Counted from the stretch's first letter, positions 1 through 10,600 are shown. The stretch is DNA of 54,663 nt from Nitrososphaerota archaeon (GCA_011605725.1 JAAOZP010000008.1:1-54663); one strand, 5' to 3'. A program made the numbers and translations. The notes: generated by a model not told the origin, from the sequence alone.

Positions 1-225
1 GAACTCATTACTTTTAGTAACTATTGGAATAATTCTATTTCTTCCATTCTTATTTGTTTTATTAATCCAAACTATGTTCTTCCATATTTCATCTACTGCC
101 CTTTGAAGTAAGCGTCTGTAATCTTCAAGAAAGCTGCTGACGTTGTAGCTGTGCTTTACGTTGTAGGCTCTAATTTGCTGCAATTCTTCAACTTTATTGT
201 TTTTAGTTCTACTTATAAGCACCAA
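1..225 (-). CDS. tnpB: TnpB-like / IS200/IS605-family OrfB protein, N-terminal part only (runs off the window)
   Basis: Not in the ORF track. Manual translation from TTG at 225 is open to base 1: LVLISRTKNNKVEELQQIRAYNVKHSYNVSSFLEDYRRLLQRAVDEIWKNIVWINKTNKNGRNRIIPIVTKSNEF. This resembles the N-terminus of a crenarchaeal IS605-OrfB family as I recall it. AT-rich relative to the upstream gene. The RuvC domain is outside the window. Confidence 0.6.
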   Translation of the reverse strand, partial: MVLISRTKNNKVEELQQIRAYNVKHSYNVSSFLEDYRRLLQRAVDEIWKNIVWINKTNKNGRNRIIPIVTKSNEF

Positions 226-290
226 TGTTTTTATTATTCTACTTAAGTCTATCTATTTTGAAACTGCTGATGACGGCATCATCCTTAGCA
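1..290 (-). mobile_element. Probable left end of a tnpB-only (IS1341-like) insertion element
   Basis: Abrupt GC drop near 265. The upstream gene loses its repeat pattern after ...AAKDDA. Imperfect hairpin CTGCTGATGA-CGGCA-TCATCCTTAGCAG at ~264-291. No tnpA upstream. Confidence 0.45.
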
Positions 291-1291
291 GCCAGCTTAG
301 CGTTGAAAACCCTGCATGCCAGATTCCTGCTCCCGCTGGCAGACTCCTCGAATCTGAAGGAGCCCACTGGAACGCCGCCCCATGAAACGTTCAACACGTA
401 GGTTCCAGGCCATGCCCTAGCCAGAGACACATAGCCGGTAGAGTTTGAGTAAAACATGTTAGACGAGCCGTTGGGCATGGTTACGAGAACACTCGCGCCG
501 GCGAGGGGAGCATTACTACCGTCGAGAACCCTGTAGGCGAGGCTAAGCCTGAAGTCGAGGTAGTAGATGTTTCCCGGGCTGCTCCAGTCGCAGAAGTAGA
601 GGTTGTCATACTGGTCGAAGACGATGCCGTACATGGTTGACCAGCCCTTCCTGTCGACGTAGAGCATGGGAGTAGCGTTAACGAGCTTCCAGAGCCTGCC
701 TCTAGGGCCATCGCTGAAGAAGAGCTCACCCCTGCTGTTGAAGGCTATGCCGCCTATTGTGATGGGCGAGGTGAAAACCAGGACCGCAGCCATGGAGCCA
801 GAGGCTGTGACAGCCCCCGTGGGGACAAGCCTGAAAACAGACTGGTAGCCCTCTGTGGGAATGAGCTCAGCCATGTAGAGAGTACCGTTGGGAGCGAAAG
901 CCAATGGGCCAACGTTCTTACCCGCCCTAACGTAGACCGTGAAGACGCCACCGCCCCGAGCGATCCTGAGAACCTCCCCAGTATACGGGCAGGAAACGTA
1001 AACATCACCATCCCTAGAAACGGCAACACCGTAAAGATCGTAGGAAGCCTTAGGAGCCTCGTAGACAAGCTTCTCAGTATTGTTGCTTAAAAGCCAAAGC
1101 CTACCGGGCTTAGTAGGGTAGTTGGTGAACAAAACCTCGCCTGAGCCTGTTAAAGCGATGTCGCCAACCCTGCCGTTGGCACGAGTGTAGACAAGGGTTA
1201 AGGAAGGCGTGAGAGGCTGGCAAAGCGCGGAGTTGAAGCCGAGGACTGTCAAGAGGGTTATGAAGATTAACAGGCTTACCGGCCTCCTCAT
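239..1291 (-). CDS. Secreted NHL/SMP-30-like beta-propeller protein with a carboxypeptidase-regulatory-like (Ig) domain; probably C-terminally truncated
   Basis: Likely start ATG 1291 (MRRPVSLLIFITLLTVLG, signal peptide). Repeated blades GVAVSRDGDVYVS / PLAFAPNGTLY / GIAFNSRGELFFSD / GIVFDQYDNLYF, then RVLDGSNAPLAGASV...TGYV...PGTYVLNVSW. Ends at the start of a second repeat where the AT-rich element begins. Confidence 0.75.
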   Translation of the reverse strand: MRRPVSLLIFITLLTVLGFNSALCQPLTPSLTLVYTRANGRVGDIALTGSGEVLFTNYPTKPGRLWLLSNNTEKLVYEAPKASYDLYGVAVSRDGDVYVSCPYTGEVLRIARGGGVFTVYVRAGKNVGPLAFAPNGTLYMAELIPTEGYQSVFRLVPTGAVTASGSMAAVLVFTSPITIGGIAFNSRGELFFSDGPRGRLWKLVNATPMLYVDRKGWSTMYGIVFDQYDNLYFCDWSSPGNIYYLDFRLSLAYRVLDGSNAPLAGASVLVTMPNGSSNMFYSNSTGYVSLARAWPGTYVLNVSWGGVPVGSFRFEESASGSRNLACRVFNAKLAAKDDAVISSFKIDRLK

Positions 1292-1436
1292 GGTGGCGCA
1301 CGACGGTTGAAACAGCGTTCGAGAAGCACTTAAGCTTTTTGAAGCATGGTTTTGAACTATAACATTTAGCCTGTAAAGGCGTTTCATAAAGAGAAATGAT
1401 CTTCTTAATCCGCTTGTCAATATGGAGGAGAAGTTT

Positions 1437-1862
1437 CTACACCGGTTTAAAGAGGAGATTTACTATATCAGAGGTTGAGAAAACTTTGATTTTACTTTGA
1501 CTCTTGAATTCTTTTTCGTTCGACCATACTGGAGAATTTAGGGCAAGTGCCAGTGCAAAGCACGGAATGTCCTCCTCGTGGGGAGCAATTTCCCTAGCCG
1601 CTACACTATACTCTTTCACTTCTTCATCCTCTACAACTTCAACGAATAGCCTGATTTCATGTATTGTCTTAAGAAAGTCTTCATTGGTGATATTTGCTTT
1701 AACGCAGATTTCCTCTTTATGCTTAAGCAGTTCATCAAATCTCGACTTTAGCGTATAGAATTCAAAGAATTCAACTGAAGTGATTATCCTCCTCGTTGTA
1801 GAATCCCTTTTAAAGAAGGAAAACAGTATGTTAGTGTCGACAACTATCTTCATAAGAACCAT
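1437..1862 (-). CDS. vapC: PIN-domain ribonuclease toxin (VapC-like)
   Basis: IVVDTNILFS N-terminal motif and the HEEDIPCFALALALNSPVWSNEK PIN signature. Confidence 0.85.
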   Translation of the reverse strand: MVLMKIVVDTNILFSFFKRDSTTRRIITSVEFFEFYTLKSRFDELLKHKEEICVKANITNEDFLKTIHEIRLFVEVVEDEEVKEYSVAAREIAPHEEDIPCFALALALNSPVWSNEKEFKSQSKIKVFSTSDIVNLLFKPV

Positions 1863-1868
1863 TACCCT

Positions 1869-2102
1869 TTATTCTGTTAACCCCTTCTCTTTCCAAGCTT
1901 TTAACGAGGCCCTGTTAACTTCTCTCCCGAGTTCCAAGCATTCCTCCTCCGTCAACTCGCTTTTCGCAAACCTCTTATCCCACTCCTTTAACAGTAGTTC
2001 TCTTGCAACCCTTAACCTCACGACCACGTCTATATCCTTCTTCAGCTTTTCAAGCAGCTCCTCGTCAACCTCGACTGGAACCTTTACAATAATTTCTCTC
2101 AC
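1869..2102 (-). CDS. Putative antitoxin (VapB-like) of the adjacent PIN toxin
   Basis: 77 aa charged ORF directly upstream of and co-oriented with the PIN gene; TTTAAA box ~25 nt upstream of the start. Confidence 0.7.
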   Translation of the reverse strand: MREIIVKVPVEVDEELLEKLKKDIDVVVRLRVARELLLKEWDKRFAKSELTEEECLELGREVNRASLKAWKEKGLTE

Positions 2103-2126
2103 AAGATTATTATAAGGTAATTCCTA

Positions 2127-2132
2127 TTTAAA
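2127..2132 (-). promoter_or_regulatory. Archaeal TATA box for the vapBC pair
   Basis: TTTAAA ~25 nt upstream of GTG 2102, spacing typical of a leaderless transcript. Confidence 0.5.
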
Positions 2133-2216
2133 CATTTGCCGAAGGCCGTTAATGCGATATATGTGCGGAGGTCTGCGATAACTTTTTCAGTTGAGGCTGC
2201 GCATTATGTTTTTACA

Positions 2217-2492
2217 ATGGTTAGGAGGCGGGGGAAAAGGAGGGTTTTTACGAGGGGTGATGTTAACAGGCTGATAGACAGCATGCTTCACCCCTTCATG
2301 AAGGGGGAGCAGAAGGTGCCCGTCATGGTTCTCGACGCCCTGGCCCACGCGATGGTGGAGCAGAACCCTAGGGAGAGCATTGTTAAGTTCATAAGGTATA
2401 CCGCGCCCAAGCTCCTGGAAGAAGCTGCTAAAAGTAAGCGGAAAAACCGGGTTAACGCCAAACGCAAGAGGAAGTCATGCGCACTAAGATAA
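2217..2492 (+). CDS. Small basic hypothetical protein
   Basis: ORF 2136-2492; ATG 2217 is the more plausible start; codon usage looks native. Confidence 0.55.
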   Translation: MVRRRGKRRVFTRGDVNRLIDSMLHPFMKGEQKVPVMVLDALAHAMVEQNPRESIVKFIRYTAPKLLEEAAKSKRKNRVNAKRKRKSCALR

Positions 2493-2626
2493 TTACTTAG
2501 AATCTAATTTTTCTAGCTTGCTCCTCCAACCTTTCCAACCTGCTTTCTGTAACGTGCTATTAAATCTTTTCCGAGACCTTGACGTGTGCTTCACATTTTA
2601 TCTATTTGACTAAGCCAAACGTAATA

Positions 2627-3256
2627 TCATTCCATAAATATATTTCCTTTTCCATCACCAAATATTTTGTTCAATCCCTCTAGCTTTTCCATACTTCGCC
2701 TCAGCTTTTCCACGTAATCTTCCGTCGTCGGTATTTCCTTGTTAAACAAAACGTCGTGGAGCATCCTGAGTTTAAGTCCATCTGCATACGCTTTCTTCAT
2801 TTCCTCCACAATATCCTTCTTCTCCACCTGTTGAGGAATCTGCTTTAGGAAGAGTGTGCTTTCTCGACTTCTCTTGCTTTCAACGTATTGCGGAATTAGC
2901 TGGAGGTTAACCCATACGTCAACGTCCCAATAGCCCTCCAAAATTGCCAATCCCAACAGCCTTAACTGTGTCGATGGGCTTAACATTTTGAAGGGGGCTT
3001 CCTCAAAAGAAACTTCGGAGGATTCCTCTTCGACACCGATCCCTCCTCTCGGAATCTTTCCAACCACGCAGCACACCGCGTTGTAATCCTTACAAAGCCT
3101 CTTAGCGATCTCCTTTGCGGTCAGACCCTTTATCCTTAAAAGGATCGCTTTGCATATCTCCTCGTCGGAGAGCATCGTTGCCCTTGGGTTTCGGTCAACG
3201 TAATTCCTAAGCCTTTCCCTCGCCTTCTCGACCAGAGTCCAGATTTTATTTTCCAT
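2627..3256 (-). CDS. Hypothetical protein with an N-terminal helix-turn-helix
   Basis: ILLRIKGLTAKEIAKRL resembles an HTH; coiled-coil-like C-terminus. Confidence 0.55.
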   Translation of the reverse strand: MENKIWTLVEKARERLRNYVDRNPRATMLSDEEICKAILLRIKGLTAKEIAKRLCKDYNAVCCVVGKIPRGGIGVEEESSEVSFEEAPFKMLSPSTQLRLLGLAILEGYWDVDVWVNLQLIPQYVESKRSRESTLFLKQIPQQVEKKDIVEEMKKAYADGLKLRMLHDVLFNKEIPTTEDYVEKLRRSMEKLEGLNKIFGDGKGNIFME

Positions 3257-3498
3257 ACCTCATACCGATAGTATGCATACCCCGCACTACCTTATTAATC
3301 TAAACTGTTCGTATGCCAGCCCCTACGAATATCTGGAGCCATATCGGCCTCCCTTCAAGCATCGCATGCCGTCCTTAGAGAGCCTATACAATAGGCTTCC
3401 CATTGTTGAGGAAGATTGTCTTTAAAGCTTTCAGCGGGCTTCATACCGTGATGCGCATACTCATGGTATGGAGCAGTGTTTTCGATAATCCGGTACTT

Positions 3499-4111
3499 CT
3501 AGCGGTAGAGGGTCTTCCGCACGACCAGCCCGATTTTGCCGCCGAATACTTGCTGCAGGAAAGCGAGGTCTTCTTCGCCAAGCACTTTAAGAAGCCTCAG
3601 GAAAAACGTGTAGACGATGCCCCCGAGAACCACGTAGAAAGGCAGTAGAAACTTGCTGTAGTAAAGCTGTTCAACCACCATTACGATTAGAGCCATCATC
3701 GTTGAGGATGAGAAGGTTTTGAGCAGCGCGGGACGGTCGAGCCTTATCCTCACAACCCTTGAAAGCACGTGGAGGGAGAGGGTGAAGCTGACCAGCATGG
3801 AGAAACCCTTCATCAACGCTAACCCGTTTAAGCCGAGAAACTGTAGAAGCGGCAGGGCGAGCAGGCTTACCGCTACCGGTAGAAGGCTCAAGAGGAGTAT
3901 CGTCCCAGTTTTACCATATATGAGGAGAAGGTTGCTGAATGCCGGTGAGACGCTGTAGACGAGGGCGAAAAGGCAGAGGATTGAGAGAACCACGCATCCA
4001 TCTTCATACTAGCGCGCGCGGCGCTAGCGTGGATAAAATGTTCTGAACAGTAAGATAAACGTAGCCGAAGGCGACAAACCTCCAGTCAAATGTTGAAGAC
4101 TCACTACTCAT
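3499..4111 (-). pseudogene. Oligosaccharide flippase (Wzx/MurJ-like) with a large internal deletion
   Basis: N-terminus 4111-4021 (MSSESSTFDWRFVAFGYVYLTVQNILSTLA) is joined through the (GC)n tract at 4012-4024 to an out-of-frame hydrophobic C-terminal part (YEDGCVVLSILCLFALVY...LGLNGLAL...LLKVLGEEDL), typical of Polysacc_synt C-termini. Confidence 0.75.
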
Positions 4112-4576
4112 AGTGCACGCCGGACTCTTTGCTAGCGCGCTACATTCATAAGGTCTTCAGGACGGTATCTTGGGATATCGAGATAATAGGCACTACTACA
4201 GTCGCGCGCGACAGATAAACTGCCTTCTCATAGGTGCGCTAAAGTACATACTCGAGATTTATATTCATCTTTTAAGCTTTACAAAAGAAATTTCGAACAG
4301 ATTAAACGATGAGCGCGCGCTATATTCTTCATCAACCTTCATAGCACTTTTTAACAGTGTATTACAAGTTGTTAAAGAAGACAGATATTGGATGTCCTTT
4401 GGTAAACAATGCCCCCCTATACCACCCCTTGCTTCAAGTATCTCTGTATTCCATTTAGTATTACATGCTTCCCTTACTTCATTAAAGCCGAGACCTAGTG
4501 TCTCACATATCATTCTAAGCTCTTCAGCAAAGGCTATCTGCACGTATCTATAAGCGTTCTCAGCGCGCGCGCACGC
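4009..4576. repeat. Five (GC)n palindromic tracts separating gene remnants
   Basis: CTAGCGCGCGCGGCGCTAG 4009-4027; TAGCGCGCTA 4133-4142; GTCGCGCGCGAC 4201-4212; AGCGCGCGCT 4312-4321; GCGCGCGCGCACGC 4563-4576. Confidence 0.9.
4321..4562 (-). pseudogene. Internal fragment of an NDP-sugar dehydrogenase (WecC/UDP-glucose dehydrogenase central domain)
   Basis: ENAYRYVQIAFAEEL...EACNTKW...GIGGHCLPKD includes the catalytic-Cys motif. No N-terminal NAD-binding domain. Bounded on both sides by (GC)n tracts. Confidence 0.85.
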
Positions 4577-5532
4577 TTTTCTAAGGAAAATAATGCCTTT
4601 ACTCTGTCTCTAGCCTTTTTTCCCATATCGGTTGCGTCCATTGCTAGACGTATTGCATTAGCCAAAAGCTTAGGGTCTCCGTACGGAACATAAAAACCAT
4701 ATGAACCGACTACTTCTGGCAAAGCCCCTTTTTTCGTGACTACTGGAACGCATTCTGTTAACATTGCTTCTGCTAGAGAACATCCGAATCCCTCGTGTAA
4801 GGATGCTTGAACGTAGACTTTGGCCTTTTGCAAAGTTTTGATTAATTCTTTTTCAGGCAGATAACCAGTGAATGTGACGTTCCGAGAAGCTATGGATTTT
4901 AGAAAATAAATCGAATTATCTGTTGCTCTTCCTACTAAATAAAACTTAACATTTGGTAGGTAGCCAGCCGCTTTAACGAAGTGTATTAATCCTTTTCTAA
5001 ATAAGGTAATCCTATCTATAATAGCTACAGTCACAACAAGATTTTCCTTACTATCGTTGGGTTTAAATTTGCGAGAATCAAATCCATGATAGAGAACGAT
5101 AAGATTCTCCTTCCTACCTATATTTGATATTATTTCATTACGGGTAAAATACGACGGACATAGTACAAGATCGCTACCTTTAACACTCTTGGTTACATAA
5201 TATCGCCAAGGGTTTGAAAGAAGACCGCCATAGTTGAGAAAACCGATTTTTGTAACATCACCGCCTCCAACTGCTAAAATCATTGGTTTAGAGAAAGTCT
5301 TTGAAAAAATCCTCGCCCAAAAGGAATGATCACCAGCAAACCACACATATATTAAATCGGCATCTGATACGCCTTTCAGAACACTTAGTAAACTTTTAGC
5401 GGTATTACCTAGCTTAGTGAAGTTCATGGGCTTAATGCTATATTCTTCTTTAAGAATGGCAATATCCTTCAATACCCACGTGCTCAGTTCACGGTAAATA
5501 ATAACAATTTCCCTATTCTTTCGCATTTTCAT
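4534..5532 (-). CDS. Glycosyltransferase family 4 (last few residues replaced at the (GC)n junction)
   Basis: HEGFGCSLAEAMLTECVPVV GT4 EX7E motif. Confidence 0.9.
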   Translation of the reverse strand: MKMRKNREIVIIYRELSTWVLKDIAILKEEYSIKPMNFTKLGNTAKSLLSVLKGVSDADLIYVWFAGDHSFWARIFSKTFSKPMILAVGGGDVTKIGFLNYGGLLSNPWRYYVTKSVKGSDLVLCPSYFTRNEIISNIGRKENLIVLYHGFDSRKFKPNDSKENLVVTVAIIDRITLFRKGLIHFVKAAGYLPNVKFYLVGRATDNSIYFLKSIASRNVTFTGYLPEKELIKTLQKAKVYVQASLHEGFGCSLAEAMLTECVPVVTKKGALPEVVGSYGFYVPYGDPKLLANAIRLAMDATDMGKKARDRVKALFSLEKRARALRTLIDTCR

Positions 5533-6391
5533 TTAATCCTCGAGGAATCCGTCTACACAGTAGATGCGTAGCGTGTGGAACGTTGATTATCCTGTATGAG
5601 AAACCTTTTTCATTTAATAATCTTAAAACCTTTGCCACGTTTTTCTTGCCACATTCAATATAGATGTACGACGCTTTTTTAAGCAGGTTATAGGCACCAA
5701 GTAACACTTTATCCTCCGCTCCCTCAACATCAATTTTTATCAGCATTATATTACGAGAACTTTTGACTAGAGAATCGAGAGGGACTCCTTCAACAATTTC
5801 ATCGATGCTTGTAGTAGCAGGTTTTAGCGCAGTACTTAGACCATAAAATCGCCCACCATGAAATATCGGTATGTGGATTCTAATCTTTTCAGGTCTATGC
5901 CATGCAGCTTTATTGATTATGATTACATTTCTTATGTCGTTTAGCCTTAGATTAAGTTTTAAAATTCTTGCAGTTTCAGCAACGGGTTCAATAGCAAAAA
6001 CTACACCTTTAGTTCCCACTTTTTTAGCAGCCAGAACAGTATAGTAACCTACATTTGCCCCTATGTCTACAAATACATCCCTATCATTCAAAGTATTTAA
6101 TATGAAATCTTCAATTACTCCTTCTCTACGCGGAATGACGTAGTAGAAATCCTCCGTCATGGAACGTACATAGAAGTATAAATTCGCACGTGGTAAGAAG
6201 ACTTTCCCTCCTAGGAAGATCAATGGATTATTCCTAAAGAAGAGATACACAGGGATATCTAACAGCATCGAAAGAAAAATACCCAGTGCAATTCTCCAAT
6301 CTGCTGGTCTAGTATTTTTAAGTACACGTAACCAATATACCAGTCTGTAGAGAAGCCCATCTATGAGACTGCTCAATTGCTTTAAGATCAT
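5513..6391 (-). CDS. FkbM family methyltransferase
   Basis: FVDIGANVGYYT, AIEP and IKIDVEGAE motifs. ORF is open to 6439; ATG 6391, overlapping the upstream stop, is the likely start. Confidence 0.9.
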   Translation of the reverse strand: MILKQLSSLIDGLLYRLVYWLRVLKNTRPADWRIALGIFLSMLLDIPVYLFFRNNPLIFLGGKVFLPRANLYFYVRSMTEDFYYVIPRREGVIEDFILNTLNDRDVFVDIGANVGYYTVLAAKKVGTKGVVFAIEPVAETARILKLNLRLNDIRNVIIINKAAWHRPEKIRIHIPIFHGGRFYGLSTALKPATTSIDEIVEGVPLDSLVKSSRNIMLIKIDVEGAEDKVLLGAYNLLKKASYIYIECGKKNVAKVLRLLNEKGFSYRIINVPHATHLLCRRIPRGLNENAKE

Positions 6392-7638
6392 GCTATCTCT
6401 TTTAGGATAGAAACAGTTTCCTTTGACGTTCTTTCCCATGTTAGGTTTCTCTCTAATATAGTATTCCTTGCCTCGATTCCGATTCTTTCCCCGAATTTTT
6501 CATCCTCAATGAGGGTGGACATTTTGTTCGAAAGATCTTTTACATCAAAAGGACGGAACATCATGCCATTTTTGTTATCGATGATCACTTCCGGTGCACC
6601 GCCGGATCGAGAGCAGATTACGGGTCTTGCGCAATACATTGCTTCCAAGGTAACGTTTCCAAGCGAATCCATTGGAGAAGCATTCACAAAAATATCTGCA
6701 TTCCTGTAGAAAGCTGACAAAAACCTACGAGGCACGTTCCTGAAAAAGAAGAGATTCTTCCTGATCCCCAGATTCTTTGACATCTTTATCAAATGCAACA
6801 GCTCTCCATCAGAACCGTAACCAGCTATTACTAGTTTCACGTCTCTATGGATAGAACTCAATCTCCTGAAGGCATGCATTAGGTATTTAGTTCCCTTTTC
6901 AGAGCCATATGCTCCAAGATGAAGGACAAGCTTATTGTGGTTTTTTATTCGTCTTAGGTATTCATAGCAATCAGCATCAACAGCATCAAGTTCATAGGGG
7001 TCTATCCCGTTGTAGACTACCTTTATTTTATCTGCTAATGCTCGGTACGTTCTGACGAGTTTCGTTTTCATGAACTGGTTGATAACTATTATCCGGTCTG
7101 AGTGTTGTAGTATTTGATGCAGCATCAATAGGTAGCGTGCCCAATTTAGCGGGGAAAGCAAGACTCCTATGTAATCAGAACGAAATGTACCCTCATATAG
7201 TCTGCAATCTAGAACTTGCCTTAAAGTGGAGAGATAATAGGTTTCAAACAAACCATGCAGCTTCGTGACTAATGGTTCTCGTATTTCTTTTATCCCTTTT
7301 AAGTATGCGAAAAAGAAAGCACTTGCTTGACTTGCATGTATTACGTCTGGCTTTATTTGAGACTTTTGGAAGAATTTCGAGGCCCTTAGCGAGAATTCAA
7401 GATCCCCAAATAACATGCTTTTCAGGGTTGATCGGGAAAACGGTATAGAATAGACTTGAATTCCGTATTCCTGATTCAACCGTTTTAATTCTACGCTGGG
7501 TAATATATCATTTGTAATAACGCTGACTTGATGACCCAGCTTACTCAACGATAAGCTCAGATTATATATATGCACCGATACTCCACCTTGTGAAGCCTTG
7601 TAATGCGGAGAGACTAGCAAAAGCTTTAGGCTTTCCAT
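6388..7638 (-). CDS. Glycosyltransferase family 4
   Basis: GGVSVHIYNL, VVYNGID, EKG, DSLGNVTLEAMYCARPVI motifs. Confidence 0.9.
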   Translation of the reverse strand: MESLKLLLVSPHYKASQGGVSVHIYNLSLSLSKLGHQVSVITNDILPSVELKRLNQEYGIQVYSIPFSRSTLKSMLFGDLEFSLRASKFFQKSQIKPDVIHASQASAFFFAYLKGIKEIREPLVTKLHGLFETYYLSTLRQVLDCRLYEGTFRSDYIGVLLSPLNWARYLLMLHQILQHSDRIIVINQFMKTKLVRTYRALADKIKVVYNGIDPYELDAVDADCYEYLRRIKNHNKLVLHLGAYGSEKGTKYLMHAFRRLSSIHRDVKLVIAGYGSDGELLHLIKMSKNLGIRKNLFFFRNVPRRFLSAFYRNADIFVNASPMDSLGNVTLEAMYCARPVICSRSGGAPEVIIDNKNGMMFRPFDVKDLSNKMSTLIEDEKFGERIGIEARNTILERNLTWERTSKETVSILKEIA

Positions 7639-10600
7639 TAGTGTCTTCTTCTACTGAGGCTATGTAAGTAGGGTAGTAACAACACGAAGGAAACCAATAA
7701 CCATGGGAGATTCTGGTAGGATGACTGCACTTCATCCCAACGTAGAAGTGACGGTGTTCGCCGGAGATCGCCAAACCATGAGAAATCAGAGAGAGCGATG
7801 TATGATGCGTCACTATATTGGATCCTGCATTCTGCGGTTCCATTTATCTCTAGCTTCTTTGGAGTAGCACCTATCCGAAGCCTCAGAGAAGGAAGGTAGA
7901 CATATTGCGCCTCTATCTCTGTCATTCCTTCAACATGGATGTGTGGCAACTTCACCATAACCTTAACAAAACTACTTTGTCTCGTGGAAGTTAGCCTTAA
8001 TTGAGAGGTAGAAAACTGAATAAGCCTACTATATTCCAAGAAGGCGACGTTAATGTCTGTTCCAAAAAATGTGATATTAAAACCACCTGAAATAGTCATA
8101 TACGAGTAAGTGCCCTCGCCATTGCCCACTTCAATGTGATTTGCTTCAATAACAGCATACTTATATTGACTTACTAGTATAGGTCCTACATCTAATTCAA
8201 GAAGGGTACTATTGTCTGTCTGCAACGTCGTATCATTAATATGAAGTAACAATAAATCTGCCGAATTCACTATAACTTTACCATGCAGAACTAGCAGTTT
8301 GGATATAATATCAATTTGAGAACTTTGATTCGGTACGTATGAATAATTTCCGATAAATCTTTGAATAATGTCTGCCAGCAATCGGATAATAAAAGAATCA
8401 TTATTCAGTTTTACTAATGGAAAGACATTAAGATATAGTATTTCGTAGTCATCCGACCGATATAGTATTAGAAAAGGCGAGATGGGCTTTCCATAACGAT
8501 CGCAATAATACATTAACGCCTCACCAGCAATATTGAAGGCTTTCTGGCTTTCTATGCGTTGTGGTAATTTCGCAGTAACTTCTGGGCTACAAATAGACTC
8601 GATTAGGACCGTCTCATTTTCCAATCGAAGAAGGGAATCAGCAAATGTCCCGTAACCATCAAAGTTTATTACTATAAGCGTCCCAAGACGTTCTAAATTC
8701 ATCGGTGAAATGAAATTGGTAACGTTATTAACTGCTAGATAGTTTTCAAGAATTTGAAAATCGCTAAGAGGCTTTTGCAGAATCGTTAATGACTTTATTC
8801 TCCCAACGAAAGCCCTATAGCTAGTATTTGCTAAGCCTCCTACAACAAGAGAATTTATCCATTTATCTGTTCTAACTTTCTTTACACTTCCTGATGCCAC
8901 CATTTGCCCATCAACATATAATTTACAGATGCCGTTATTTATATACACGAATGTTAAGTAGTACCAATTGCCAGGGACATACTTACCACCTTTAAGCAGA
9001 ACGCTGGAAGAACCATCACCAAAGTAGGCAGCGAATTCCCCAGTGTCTATTGTGGATAAGTGAAGTTCCTGCTCCCCCCCGAAACCATCGCCTTTTGATT
9101 CACCAATCCAAATAATATGGCTCGTTTGTTGTCTTGATGGATTTACCCAGACCTGAATCGTGCCTCCCCCTCTAGAAATGAGACTACCGTTCAGATAATA
9201 CCTTCTTGATCCTGATAAGTTGACCTCTCCTTTTCCTAGACTTTTATCTATTCCGCTTCTAATAAGAGGATCTTCCTGAAAGCCTACTTGACTGTCCGAC
9301 ATAATTCCAATTTTCTTCAGAGAAAGAGAACCCGAATACTTATTCATAACATCAAATGCAACTCCCGAGGAAAGCAACGCGGTAAACGTAGCATAGTCGT
9401 ACCCTTCTGTAATTAGTGTTATGTTCGAGACATCGTTTATACAACCAAGCTTAGGAATCTTATAAATGATAATTGCCGAGTTGTTGAAAGCTGGAGATAA
9501 GAAGTTAAGAAAGTATGCGAGATAACTTTTACTCTTCGTTAAAGTTGAAAGCTCTTCTGGCCTAAGAACAATATAAGAAGGGTATGATGACAAGATGTTT
9601 GCCAGCGAATCAGGATAAATTGAAGATAAGAGCAAGATGTTTCGTGTAGTAGGAAGAAAGGAAGGGTATGAAAGTGTTACTATTCGGATACATGATGGAC
9701 TGGCATAGAAAACGGCTGAAGGGTTGCTTGTAATCTCATTGTTCAAGTAGGCTATGGCTTCATACTCTGGTTGAGATATCATAGCTGTACGTTCTCCCAG
9801 TATTATATTGTACTTATATTGCAAGAATGTAGACAATGAACCTGCAAACACAATAGCAATTACCAAGGTTATTTTTACAAGCTTAGATAACAGAGAATTG
9901 AATTGAAAGTTCGATAATAGACTTAATAAACCAAACCCGCCGACTATAGACGTGGCAAGCCCTAAGAAGAAAGCCATTCTGATCTCCCAGAAAGGAAGAA
10001 TGAGAAAATTTGCTGAGATATAACTTATGAGTTTTCCAAAAAGAAACGAGGAGAGCCCTAAAAGCAAGAAGAAAGTAAAAACATGTCTGACAGATGGTTC
10101 CTTCGCTTCTATTAGTCCAATAACAGAAAGGAATCCTTTTATCCCTATGAGAGCTCCATAAAAAATCAATGGAACGTAGTATATATCTGAAATGTTGGGT
10201 GCATTAATGCTATCCCAATTTGTTACCCAAGACAAGAAAGCTGCTAGCAATAACCATAGGATGATATTTGCTATTACAGGAAGATGATTCGAGACAAAAT
10301 CGAGAAAATGTTTGCTAAGCGGTATTACTGGCTTAAAGATCACTATGATCAACATTGTTACAAATGCTGCGAGGATTGCAAGTGAAATATTGTTCTTAGA
10401 CAAAAAGAAGAAAAGGATTGATCCAACAGCACCCCCTGTTAAGCAAATAACAACTCTTTGTATGTTCTTAGAATCACCATCTAGAAGTGCATATATAGAC
10501 ATGAAAGACGAAAGAAAGACAAATTCGGGCAAATGAAGAAATATAAGTAGAAAGCTCAAAAGAAACAGAATTAATAATACATCTCTCTCTTTGTGCTCCT

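Noticed and set aside
3335-3385. Weak similarity to 26598-26660 (GGAGCCATA...CTTCAAGCATC), suggesting direct repeats bounding the island
   Set aside because: Two short matches with different spacing; too weak to call att sites without an alignment statistic.
4009-4576. GC tracts with unique intervening pieces read as a CRISPR-like array
   Set aside because: The repeats are only 6-14 nt and variable, spacing is irregular (60-240 nt), there are no cas genes, and the recognisable pieces are collinear remnants of the local operon.
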